This document shows positions 10,144 to 22,039 of a stretch of 37,104 nucleotides of DNA, one piece after another. Position 1 is the first letter of the stretch; each line of letters starts with the position of its first letter. Location: positions 1 to 37,104 of the forward strand of contig NW_021836870.1 of assembly GCF_006345805.1 (NCBI RefSeq). Reading direction: 5' to 3'. This DNA is from Octopus sinensis. Its lineage: Eukaryota. Both the position numbers and the translations under genes were made by a program. Below the pieces are notes generated by a model that was not told the DNA's origin, did no database searches, and was given only the letters and a program-made list of their open reading frames with translations.

Positions 10144-13100
10144 GTTTATGCGACGCTCTTGGCGTGTGTATAGCGTCCAAGCCTCACTTCCATACAGTAG
10201 AGTGCTAAGTACACATGCCTGGTAGATCTTCATTTTCGTGGTCTTGGTCAGCTTATTGTTGTCTCAAGCCCGTTTGGAGAGTTGGGCCATCGCAGCAGCT
10301 GCCTTGCCAAAGCGTATATTGAGCTCAGCGTCGAGGGATGGGTTGTAGGTAACGGTAGAGCCCAGATAGGTAAACTTCTCCACCTCTTGTAATCTGTGGT
10401 CTCCAATATGTATGTTTGGGATGTCCGATGTAGCCTGACCCATGATGTTGGTCTTCTTAAGGCTGATAGCTAAGCCAAAGTCGTTACATGCTTGCTCAAA
10501 ACAGTTAATGAGCCTTTGGAGGGCTTCTTCTGTGTGTGATACCAGAGCCGCATCATCAGCAAATAGCATCTCCTTGATCAGGACGTTTCTGATTTTGGTC
10601 TTGGCACGCAGGCGCGAGAGATTGAACAGTTTCCCGTCACTTCTACTGTACAGAAACACTCCATCATCTGATGTCTGAAAGGCATGTGAGAGTAAGAGCG
10701 AGAAGAAGATGCCAAACAATGTAGGAGCGAGGACACAACCTTGCTTTACCCCGTTTTTTATTTGGAAGGCGGCTGATGTTGAACCGTTGTGCTGTATGGT
10801 GCCTTGCATGTCATCATGGAAAGACTTGATGATCCTCAGCAGCTTTGGTGGACATCCGATTTTTTAGAGCAGGGTGAAGAGGCCTGTTCTGCTTACCGAG
10901 TCAAAGGTCTTTGTTAGATCAATGAAGGTCATATATAATGGCATTCTCTGCTCTCTGGACTTCTCCTGAAGTTGGCGTATGGAGAATATCATATCGATAG
11001 TTGATCTGCTTCTTCTAAAGCCACACTGCGATTCCGGATAGATTCGAGAAGCAAGTAGTTGTAGCCTGGCCAGGATAACGCGGGCAAAGGTCTTTCCAAC
11101 AGTGCTTAGAAGAGATATTCTACGGTAATTGTTACAATCACCACGGTCCCCTTTGTTTTTGTAAAGCGTAATGATGTTAGCATCCCGCATATCCTGAGGG
11201 ACTGTACCCTCTTCCCAGCACTGACACAGAAGCTCATGAAGGTGCCGAAGCAGGATGGTGTTTTTGCCGGCTTTGATGATCTCTGAGGGGATGCCGTCTT
11301 TTCCCGGAGCCTTGTTTCTTGCTAGGGAGTCAACAGCCTTGGTGAGCTCTGCTATAGATGGCGGACTGTCAAGTTCGCACATGACTGGCAAGATCTTGAC
11401 ACTCTCGACTACAGCCTCAGCCACTGTAGTCTCCCGTGAGTAGAGATCCTGGTAGTGCTACACCCATCTATCCATTTGCTTGCTTTGATCCCTGGTGAGA
11501 TCTCCAGTAGTTGATTTCAGAGGGGCTGACTTGGTTGCGGATGGACCGAGGGCCTTCTTCAAACCGGCATACATCCCACGGGTGTCGCCACTGTCAGCAG
11601 CTGACAGATTTCCTGCCAATACATATTTGCACAGCGTCTGGCTGTCAGTTGGGTTTTATTTCGTGCCTTTCTGAGTTCTTCGAGACTTTGTAGAAGAGTC
11701 ACTCTTGGATTGCATCAGAGCTGCACGCTTTGCTTCGATAACTGGCTCCAGCTCTGAGAGCCCAGCATTGTACCAATCTGAGTTTTGTCTTTCTCTCATG
11801 CCGAACGTATCTATTGATGTCGTATACAAAGCTTCCCTGATATAGTTCCACCTACTTTCAGCAGAGGAGGTTGGGCAGCCACCTAGGGCAACCTTGATAG
11901 AAGCAGCAAAACATTTTCGCAGTGTAGGGTCCGAGGTTCTGGCAGTGTTAATGCGTGGTCGGCCCACTTTCTTGGAGCGATGGACTTTTTTAGGTAGAAT
12001 CCTCACCCTACTTCTAATTAGGGAGTCGTCCGTGTCACAATCCGCGCTGTGGTAACTGCGGGTCAATAGAGTAGAATTCAGGAAGGATCTCCGTGTAATG
12101 ATGAGATCCAGCTGATGCCAGTGGTGAGATCTTGGATGTCTCCAAGATGTCTTGTGGGATGGCTTGTTGGTAAAGAATGTGTTTGTGATGCACAGGTTGT
12201 GGTATGTGCGGAATTCGAGTAGTCTCTGACCATTGTCATTCATGTTGCCAATACCAAAGTGTCCAACACAAATGGGCCACGAATCATGGTCAGATCTCAC
12301 GCGAGCGTTAAAATCCCCTAGAAGGTAGATATTTTCAGTCGTTGGTATATTTAATGTGACACAGTTGAGATCTTTGTAGAACTGGTCCTTGGTCTCCTCT
12401 GAGCTGTAGAGAGTGGGAGCATAGATGCTGAGTAGATGTACTGAGTCAGAAGAAGTCGAGAGGCGCAGTGAGAGGATACACTCAGTGCCTCCTGATGGTG
12501 GTTCTATTGAGGAGAGTAGTGAGTTTCTCACTGCAAAGCCAACGCCATGTTGACGAGGTTCTTCTGGATCTCTTCCCTGCCAAAAGAAGGTGAAATCCTG
12601 CTCTTTGAGTTTGCCGTTTGAGGGAAGTCTTGTCTCCTGTAGCCCAGCAATGTCTATGTTGAGCCTCTTTAGTTCACGGTCAATGATGCCGTTTTCCTTG
12701 TGTCTTCAACCCTAAGTAGATCATCAGATATTCCAGGGCACATGGTCCTGACATTCCAGCTTGCCAACTGCAGGACTGGTGTTTTCTTGACTTTTAGTTG
12801 TTTGCCTGGTGCAGAGGTTGCAGGCCGCTTTTCAAGTCATACTCTTAGCTCCAAGCACCCAATGAAGCAGGCGGCCTGTGGCGGGTCAGCACCTTATTAA
12901 CTGGGGGCTGCCCAGCTTGAGGTGGGCAGTAGCTAACCAATAGGACACGGAGGTCCCTCCCACCGTCAGAGGTAACCCGTAGCGCCCATATTTTACGCCA
13001 ATCTGAATGGACTTATCACTCGTGACTGTTACCTCCCGTGTTGTTTCTGCAGCTTTTTACAGCAGCACTGAAGTGTCCTCTCCAGTTTTGCGCAGGCCTG

Positions 13101-13400
13101 GGCTAGAGATAAGAAAGTCCTGGGTAGCCTAATCGTCAGGTTTTCTCTCTCGACCTTGCTGATGTAGTCCAAAGGAGTGCAGTGCATTACGTTTGGCACC
13201 AGCTTGGTTGCAGGAGCTGCCGGAAGAGTGTCGAGTCGAACGCTAGACCGCCTTCGGGGCTCCACTCCGGATTTCTTTGAAGGTTGTCTCCTTTCTGTAA
13301 CCCTGGATAGGGGCCCATACCGGGTACTGCCAGCCGGAGCCAGCTGAGCCCGGAACTCGTGTCAGGCAGGGTCGTCACTCCCTGAAGTAGTGAAGAAGTT
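10144..13400 (-). mobile_element. RTE-clade (BovB/Expander-like) LINE: about 600-bp 5' UTR, APE endonuclease and RT, several frameshifts, 3' end missing
   Basis: ASWNVRTM, GLQETR, HGVGFAV, SIYAPTL, LLGDFNARV, KAPGKDGIP, NYRRISLLST, ESQCGFR, GVKQGCVLAPTLF, LFADDAAL, FTYLGS, LLYGSEAW. Confidence 0.95.
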
Positions 13401-13499
13401 CGCTACCCACTACCTTTACAAGTAATGTTAAATTATTATTAGATTTTTCATTCTTTTTCCTACGTTTATTTTATGTTTATTTTCAACCACTGATATCCA

Positions 13500-13608
13500 T
13501 CATCATCAGAAGCAGCAGCAGTTGTAGTAGCAGCAGCAATATCACTATCAGCAGTAGCAGAGGCAGTGGTAATAGCAGTAGTAATGGCAGCAGCAACAGC
13601 AGCAGCAA
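13500..13608. repeat. Degenerate (CAG/TAG)n trinucleotide tract
   Basis: Direct reading. Confidence 0.8.
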
Positions 13609-13787
13609 CTTTTTGCTTCTCTTCGTTTCATAGGGACAAGGGAGGGGGGAAGGAGAGAGAATAGAGAGATATCCGGTATTGGTGGTGGGGGTGGGTGGGC
13701 GGGAGCACAGCGAACAAGGGTCAGTCGGAATTTAGGGACGGTCAGAATTTAAGCAGAGCGGGGAGAAGTGAGTAATTTACTTAACGA

Positions 13788-13893
13788 ACATATATATATA
13801 CTCACACATATATATATACTCACATACACACACATGTATATACACATATATACACACACATATGCACATATATACACACACATATATATACAT

Positions 13894-13983
<90 letters not shown>

Positions 13984-13984
13984 C
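13788..13984. repeat. (AT)n/(AC)n compound microsatellite
   Basis: Direct reading. Confidence 0.95.
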
Positions 13985-15265
13985 TGAATGATGTACCTAC
14001 TATGGATGCTGTCCAAAAGCTAAAAACTAGTAAAAGAATATATCACACATAAACACATATATAATATCTATTTGTATCGGTGTATATATACACACACACA
14101 CATGATTAAAAACTAAAGAATATGAAAACTAAAAGAATATATCACACACATTTTATTTGATTTGTGTAAAAAAATCATATACATTATTCTAAGAAATAAT
14201 TTATTTACTTTCTTTAAAAGATTCTTTTATTTTATTCTGTAAAATCAACTCATTTGCATACGCGCAAGTCGTTGTAGGATCGACTACTTACGACTAGCTA
14301 GCGCGTGTGCGCGCACCGGTCCAGTTTTCGCTAATAGTACCGAGATATCCTTCTCATGAGAAAAGAGTTGCATGCAAAGGAAAAAGAAAGTTAATAGTCT
14401 ATAGTTGTGCACAGAAACTGGGTGCAAGCATGCTAGAGCTAGTTGTACATATGTATTGCATTGTTCTTTGAGTTAATTTCATCACATGTCTTTGCTATGT
14501 CAATTGATGTGTTTTCCATTTGACTTAAAACTTTTCCGCGTCTACACAGACACCACACGAAAACAATAGGTGTCACAGTGATATACCTCTTTTTCTACAG
14601 TCGGCCGGAATGAAGAAGTGACAATGCCACCTTCACATTCTCTATTGTCAGCATCGAGCATCGACAATTGGTGACAGACCGACGTTATTAGAATACATCA
14701 ACCACAACGATACAACTGGTTACCCACAACAACCCTGCCACAGTTGCTGACCCCCGAGCCACAGAACTGCAGTCTTCGTTACCTTATCCATTACATTTGG
14801 TGAGCTCGACTTCAAAGACTTACTGCTTCAGCATCGCATGAACTCTTAAAAACAATTACAGTCCGTGCCAGTCGCATCAACTAGAATTATAGGACACGAA
14901 CTTTCACGACGCATAGTTTTCAGTTCCATCGTCACACGCCCAACACAACATGAAGTCGCCGACTCAATGGACACACACCAATTACATTCCACATGTACTG
15001 CAACCCGATGCACAGATACACGAGGGAAACAGTTGCCATACATAAATGCAACACTTAGGACAGCTACCCAACCAAGAGAACCTTTTCTCACTTTTCAGCA
15101 TAGATTTTTCACACAGGACATTACCAATCAGGTTTTGTCACTTTTCGTTACACATTTTGTACTGTTTGTTCCTTTTGCTGCACAACACAGTGTTTACACA
15201 TGCGTATATGCATGCTTGCACCCAGTTTCTGTGCACATCTATAGACTATTAACTTTACACACATA

Positions 15266-16311
15266 CATCATCATCATCATCATCGTTTAACGTCCGCTTT
15301 CCATGCTAGCATGGGTTGGACGATTTTGACTGATGGCTGGCAAGCCAGATGGCTGCACCAGGCTCCAATCTTGATCCGGCAGAGTTTCTACAGCTGGATG
15401 CCCTTCCTAACGCCAACCACTCCGAGAGTGTAGTGGGTGCTTTTTATGTACCACTGGCACGGGGGCCAGTTAGGCAGTACTGGCAATGACCTTGATCGAA
15501 TCTTTTTACACGTGCCACTGGCACAGGTGCCAGTGAAGCGACGTTGGTAATGATCACGCTCGAATGGTGCCCTTTTACGTACCACGGGCATGGAAGCTAG
15601 TTGGCTGCTCTGGCAACGATCATGCTCGGATGGTGCTCTTGGCACCCTACTAGTACAGGCATAAGTGCCAGTAAGGCGACGCTGGTAACGATCATACTCG
15701 AATAGCCGCTCTGTCAACGATAACACTCGTATGGTGCTCTTTGCACCCCGCTAGCACGAATGCCAGTCATCGAATTGATTTTGATTTTGATTTCACTTGC
15801 CTCAACAGGTCTTTGTAAGCAGAGTTTAGTGACCAAAGAAGGAAAAGGTACGCATAAGCGGGCTGGTTACGCTCCTGACATAGGCCACAGGTTATGGTCT
15901 CATTTGGCTTGCCGCGTCTTCTCGAGCACAGCATATTTCCAAAAGTCTCGGTTGCTAGTCATTTCCTTGGTAAGGCCTAATGTCCGGAGGTTGTGCTTCA
16001 CCACTTCATCCCAGGTCTTCCTGGGTCTACCTCTTACACAGGTTCCCTCAACTGCTAGGGTGTGGCACTTTTTCACGCAGCTATCCTCATCCATTCTTGC
16101 CACATGACCATACCAGCGCAGTCGTCTCTCTTGCACACCACATCTAATGCTTCTTAGGTGCAACTTTTCTCTCAAGGTACTTACACTCTGTTGAGTATGC
16201 ACACTGACATTACACACCCTTCAGGTCATACTGGCTTCTTTCCGTGCGAGCTTACGTATGTCATCGGCAGTCACAGCCCATGTTTCACTGCCGTGTAGCA
16301 TGGCTGTTCGT
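15266..16311 (-). mobile_element. 5'-truncated RTE-clade LINE (C-terminus, tandem-repeat 3' UTR, (GAT)n tail)
   Basis: RRLRWYGHVARMDEDSCVKKC..GRPRKTWDEVV. Homologous to 28695-29690; tail seen as (catcat)n at 15266. Confidence 0.9.
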
Positions 16312-16756
16312 ATACATATATATGACAATTTTTCCAAGGACAATGGTTAAAATTCAAACTTGTTTTATTTTATTTATTTATTTATTTTTAGTTTCAGCAC
16401 AGAGCTGCGGCCATGCTGATGCACCGCCGTTTTATATTTATTCTTTTATTATATTTATTCTTTATTATATTTATTCTTTTTTTAAATTTTTTACATGCAT
16501 GCATATATAATACTTATGTATATTTACACATGCTCATATGTGCATGCATGTACATATACACTAATATACATAACACACAGCACATACACACACGCATACA
16601 CTCATATACATCTACACATACGTACATACATATCAAACAATGTACGCTCGTACGGTTATATATAACTGTATATATGTATTTTAGTACCATGCATTTCAGC
16701 ATTTATGCATGGATTACTACATGTAAAATAGAGAGAGAGAGAGAGAGAGAGAGAGG

Positions 16757-19700
16757 TGGTTATAGAATGGTACTCCTGAGTGGAATCTGGATGTTACCCC
16801 ATTCGGATTTTCGGTTAAGAGTGGGTTTGTATTCTTGTATACAGACAGATTTAGTGACCTGTCTCAGCATTGCATCAGAGGGATGTGTGGATAAGATGTT
16901 TAACTTAAGTCTCACTAAGGAGCCCTTGTGGCAGTCTACAGCATGCTGATAGAAGATGGAGTTTGGTTTCTTTTCAATGTAGTTGTCCAGGTGTTCTTTG
17001 AACCTATCATTGATACTCCTAGAAGTTTCACCTATGTATGACTCTGGGTTAGTCTCGCAAGCTCCTTCTTGGCACAGTGCTCTCGGCATAGTTGTGCAAG
17101 CTCCTTCTTGGCACAGTGTTCTTGGTTTTACAGTTCATATGTGGGTTTGTGGAACATACTGCACAATTATTTTGACGTGGGAATCTATCGAAAGGATATG
17201 ATCTACATAATACAGATTTGATAGTCCTACCTGTCTTTTCTACAACCTTGATCTTAAGGCCAGTTATGTGTAGGATTTCCTTGAATGCCTTACATAATTC
17301 GTTCTTAGGTGTGGCATCAACAAACATTACACTGGGAAATCTCTTGTTATACCAAGTATTGGTCTTATTTCTTCTCTTTGTGTCCCTCTCTAACCTATTC
17401 CAGAACTTGTTGCGGTATAGGAACCATACACTGTTTTCGTCATCACTTAGAATGTGTTTGAATCTTGTTTTTGTTCCTTTGTACACTCTGATTCTGTCAT
17501 ATTGTGTGTATCCGGGGCGTTGCATTCGGAATATGAATTGTTGGATGTGTTGTCGTTCTTGTGGTTGGCATAGTGGAGATATACATTCCTCATTAATCTA
17601 ACTAAGTCTGCCACCAGGATGTTGAGCTTGTTAGTACTCGACATCGTTGAGTTACTACGGATTACCAGTGGATTAGCCATAGGTTTACAAGAGTGTGAGT
17701 AGAGTAAACAGGATTTAACAGTTCCGTTAACCATAGTATTTTCTATCCACAGCTCAGTATCTAGGACAGGTAATCTGTTACTGGGGTGTTTAGAGGGGCA
17801 GTCTACGGTAACTTTTATACTGCTATGGATAGAGTTAGCCATGTGTTGTATAGCTGTCATCACCTGTTCTTCATTTAGTAGAGATTCTATCTCTGTGTCT
17901 GTATTATTATTACATTTCACGACAATGTTAATGTCGTCAATGCATCGAGAGTACATAGCTAAGTGGCTGTTACAGGTCGCTAGGCACTGTTTAAACTGTC
18001 TGTCCCACCATGCAATGAAGAGGTTTGCAACATCACCGACGATCCCTACTCCAATAGCACCACTTTCGTCTGTTTATACAGTTTTTTGTTAAACTTAAAA
18101 ATATGGGTTTTAAGTATAGTTCTAAGGCTGACACCGATAGCATGTGCAATAGTAGTTCTGATGTCGTGTGGATCTGAAGGTGAGTAGTCTGCCTCATCCA
18201 ACCCTGTCAGCGTTCACATTGGGTCTTTTTGTATGTTGAGGTAATGGTAGGTGGTCTTCCTCGTTTGTTACAGGTAGGACAAGCATATAGAAGATTATTG
18301 TGTGACAGATACTCATTGGTACAAGTCAGAGCCAGGAAGAACCCTAGTTCATATATGTCCACATTTTTAAATATCATATTGCTCTCACTAATTATCTTTA
18401 TACATTTTTCGACAGCAAAGTATATGTCAATGGAAGGATATAGTGATACCACATCCATGATACCTACGATGTGGTCTCTGAGGTCACACGTGTTGTTGCA
18501 TTCGCGGATCCTGCTAAGGAGGTCTTCAGTACTATCACGTAAATCTGCAGATAACTCTATTAAGGGTCGTATGAATTGTGAGAGAAAATATGATATTTTG
18601 TGGTTGTTTGCATTGTTGGTACCACAAACTGGTCGGGTAGGTGGCCCAAGTATATGATCCATGTGGATCTTATGATCTTTTCGAAGGCCATATAGGGGTG
18701 GGATTTCATTGTTGGTAGTTATGAAATTGTTCGCTGTGCATTTCTCAGAGTGGAGAATGATACTCCACATCCCCATGTGAGCATTGAGGACTTTTTCGTT
18801 TTCAATGTACTCGAGTGTTGTTGTTTCTGTTATTGTTGTGATGTGTGGTTGCATGTTCGAAATGTAATTAGATAAGTTGTCAACAGACATTCTAACTGAT
18901 TTGTCAGTCGGGAAGCATACAATCTCTCTATTTTTGATACGATTTTTTAATGTTAAGGCCTTTCTTAATTTTGGTGTCAAGATCATGGGTCTTATTTTTT
19001 GTTTGTTGGTGTTTATGCCTTTGGGTGTAATTAGAGAAAGCTGACAGGAGTTTGGATTTAGTAAGGGTAAACTTTGCTTCTAAAGCAGCGTCTGCGTAGG
19101 GGGGGGCATGCATACTGTTTTGTTGAATGGTAAGTTGGTAGGGCAGACCCTTTTCATGTCAAATGATATGTCACGTTTATCATAGAAACAACGTATGGAA
19201 TGGTTATTGTCAGATATGTCATGAATGTCAGGATTTTGGTTGCGGTTAAAGTGTGTTCTCCATCTAAGTTTGGTAAAGCATTTCTCAATGTCTGATAGTA
19301 TTGATATCTTGCTAACCTTATTATATGTGGTGAACTTTGGAGTGAGTTCTAGGGCAGCGAGTTCATCTGTATCCAGTTGTACTCCTCCGTACACTCGTAC
19401 GTTTCTTGTTAGTTGGTCATCATCTACGGGTTTGTCATTCATAGAAATTCCATCAATCGATTCAGTCATGTCAAACTGTTTAGTTGTTGGGTGGTTGTAT
19501 GGTAGTTGTAACGTCCATGCTAGTTTCTTTTCAAAGTGTTGTACGCACCTGTCTCATATGGAGTTACATTCACGACGGAGTAGTTCTTTTAATTGTTTCA
19601 TTTCTTGATTATTAAGTAAGTTCTTCACTTTAGCGAGGGCCTCTCGCTTTTCATTTTCTTTAGTGGCAAGGTGTATATATAGTTTGGACTTCAGGTTCAT

Positions 19701-20070
19701 AATTACGATATGTTTTAGTTTCGACACTTGTCCTTTCATCAGGTTTAGTGTTTCGACCATTTTGTAAATCCTTTTTGGGTAAACCTTCAGTGAGATGCAG
19801 TGTCTAATGAAATGAAGCTGTTGCTTAGCTGTTATTTTTCTCAAGCAACAAGTAACGGCTTTCCTGAGAGCCTGGCTCAATCTTTCGGAATTACGGAGAA
19901 GTACTTGCATAGCGAGTGACTTGATCTGAGCATGGAAGGTGCTTATAAGCCATTTAAGAAACACACAAAAACTGTTAGATTCACTTTAACATTTGAATTT
20001 AATTTGGCAAAATATTTTCGTCGCTTTGAGACTGCGACTTCTTCACTGACAAAATTCCGTGCTGCATCTG
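16757..20070 (-). mobile_element. Penelope-like element: RT plus C-terminal GIY-YIG endonuclease, frameshifted, flanked by microsatellites
   Basis: PTDKS, PPLYGLRKDHK, PPTRPVCG, MDVVSLYPSI, YSRCIDDI, a Cys-rich linker (CAVC..NC), YIGETSRSINDRFKEH, QHAVDCH, LNRKSEW*. Confidence 0.92.
20001..20056 (-). ncRNA. Minimal type I hammerhead ribozyme motif (variant core) at the Penelope-like 5' end
   Basis: Minus strand: aattttgtca-GUGAAGA-a-gtcgc(agtctcaaa)gcgac-GAA-aatatt-U-tgccaaatt. Perfect 5-bp stem II, palindromic stem III, stem I with one mismatch, C3 replaced by G. Confidence 0.7.
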
Positions 20071-20091
20071 AGAAAGTAACAGTTAGTTCAT

Positions 20092-20391
20092 GATATATAT
20101 GTGTGTATGTATGTATGTGTGTATGTATGTATGTATTGTATGTATGTATGTATGTATGTATGTATGTATGTGCGTATGCATGTATATGTGTACATGTATA
20201 TGCACATTCATGTGTGCATGCCTATACACATGTATGTATGTACTTATGTACTTACGTATGTGAGTATTTAGGAGAAATAGACGTGTCAGTGTGTGTGTAC
20301 ATGTGTATGTACTTGTGAATGTATGTTTATGTAATATGTGTCAGTTCAATTTGTATACTTGACTGTTACCTTGTCACTCGCTATGCAAGTA

Positions 20392-20422
<31 letters not shown>

Positions 20423-20426
20423 AGAT

Positions 20427-20475
<49 letters not shown>
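20092..20475. repeat. (TATG)n/(TG)n, (CT)n and (AT)n microsatellite block
   Basis: Direct reading. Confidence 0.9.
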
Positions 20476-20478
<3 letters not shown>

Positions 20479-20849
20479 CTTTGTAAAGAATTAGCAAACT
20501 GAGCTGTTTTGCAATAAAGGCTTGAATGGATTGAGAGCCATATGATAAACTGGTGAAGGAGCATGGATTTAAACTTGCCTTCTTAGTTGCTTATTGGTGA
20601 AATAGCATAAAAAATATTGTTTATGGTTAAGATTTCTTAATTAATATCAGTTTCTATATTAGTGTATGCATCTTTAGTGAAATGATGATGAACTCTCTTA
20701 CAATATGACTATGTGAATTGCTGAAATTATGATATATTGTAAATTTCACGAATATTTGAATGACAGGAAAGCTATCCTGTTTCCTAACATGCAGATTTAT
20801 TTTTCCAAAGATATTTGATTAATTGGTCATGTTTGTAAAACAGGGGAAT

Positions 20850-21030
20850 GCCTCAAATTTTAGAGGAAGTGGTTAATTGATTAAATTGATCTTATTACTT
20901 GACTTGCACTTTTTTTATCAACGATGAAAGGAAGAGAAACAAAGTTAGCCTCAACAGGATTTGAAACTAGAACATAAAGAGCTGGTAGAAATAGTGGAAG
21001 GTATTTTGCCAACACTAACAATTGTGCCTC
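20850..21030 (-). mobile_element. Old, CpG-depleted Meta-type SINE
   Basis: aaagttagcctcaacaggatttgaaactagaacataaag aligns to aaagtcgacctcggcggaatttgaactcagaacgtaa at 1437-1473. Confidence 0.55.
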
Positions 21031-21300
21031 TCCACCATCTTAAGTTTAATAGAATAAAATCTGTGAATGAATTTTTATGAATTTCTTGTGTAGTTTTAAT
21101 GAAAGTTGGTCTCACATTGCTTGCATTTATATCTTTCCTGAGACATGTAAAAGTTTCCATTTGCATAATGCTTGGCTGTAATATAAATGGTTTAGAGAAA
21201 GAATTGCTAGTTGTCACTTCAAATAAAGAGTAGTGAACTGATATTAAAGCCAAAATTTTCCTTTCGCTACTATTATGATGTTTTTCTTTTTTACTTTCAG

Positions 21301-21688
21301 GGTTAAAAAATGAATGATTACACTTATGGGTTTACATGCAGACTTGTGTTTATCTTATATCCTTCTATATGTTGGATATACAAATTTCACGAAGCGGGGA
21401 TAGACACAACTGTCTTCACACAACACACTTCAGATTACTCTACTAAACACAATACTCCAATAAATACAAACTCTGAACAACGTCAACAACTTCCATGAAC
21501 TCTCAATGACTCTTATGACTCTCTTTGTCTCAACCAATATGCTAGTTTTTGTTATAAGAGTTTTGCTAGTCCATTCATCCAATCCCATAGGGGTGCCAAT
21601 GACTCTCACCACAACAGTTTATACATGTAGACTTTTCTTTATACATGTGGATTTTACCAAACAAGTAGCCCCATGCGAAACTTCACCT
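21301..21688 (+). pseudogene. Exon-like segment (splice acceptor and donor) with a stop-interrupted, weakly LRR-like frame
   Basis: ttttttactttcag acceptor at 21300 and cct|gtaagt donor at 21689. The frame from ATG 21314 reaches the donor with two stops and contains LMTLFVSTNML (LxxLxLxxNxL). Confidence 0.25.
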
Positions 21689-21835
21689 GTAAGTACATAA
21701 TTTTCTTGTTAATTTAAGTTTTCTGTTAGTTAACCATAGCTGTTTGTAAATTGAACAACTGTTTCTCTGTGTATATTGAACAATTTCCATAAGACATATA
21801 TGTTTGCAAATGTAAAATATGTTTGTTTCCCAATA

Positions 21836-21965
21836 CCATGGTTTAGGGTCTAGTTCTACCGTGTGGCATTTTGGGCAAGAGTCTTCGACAATAGGTAGGG
21901 ATCAACAAATGCATTTTTAGTAAAAGTGGTTGATGGGAACTATATGAAGTTTATTGCATGTGTGT
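21836..21965 (+). mobile_element. Old CORE-like SINE fragment
   Basis: gtgtggcattttgggcaagagtcttc resembles the gcgtggcgtgttgggcatggtgtcttc core at 32562. Confidence 0.5.
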
Positions 21966-22039
21966 GATGTATATTATAGGTAACTGTTGACAAAAAGTGC
22001 AAAATACTCATTGAAAAATCAAAATAATTTAGAGTAATG

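Noticed and set aside
13330-13365. HDV-like P3/L3 candidate (gag-ttccggg-ctc, minus strand) in the RTE 5' UTR
   Set aside because: No P1 partner or P1.1 GG in the right place by eye.
13920-13965. Recurrent 'AA' phase breaks inside (TA)n tracts here and at about 20437, 28604, 32685, 34557 and 36499
   Set aside because: Most likely slippage or sequencing/assembly artefacts in long AT runs; not interpretable without reads.
20951-21253. 100-aa minus-strand ORF
   Set aside because: It overlaps a decayed SINE and AT-rich filler, with no recognisable motif.
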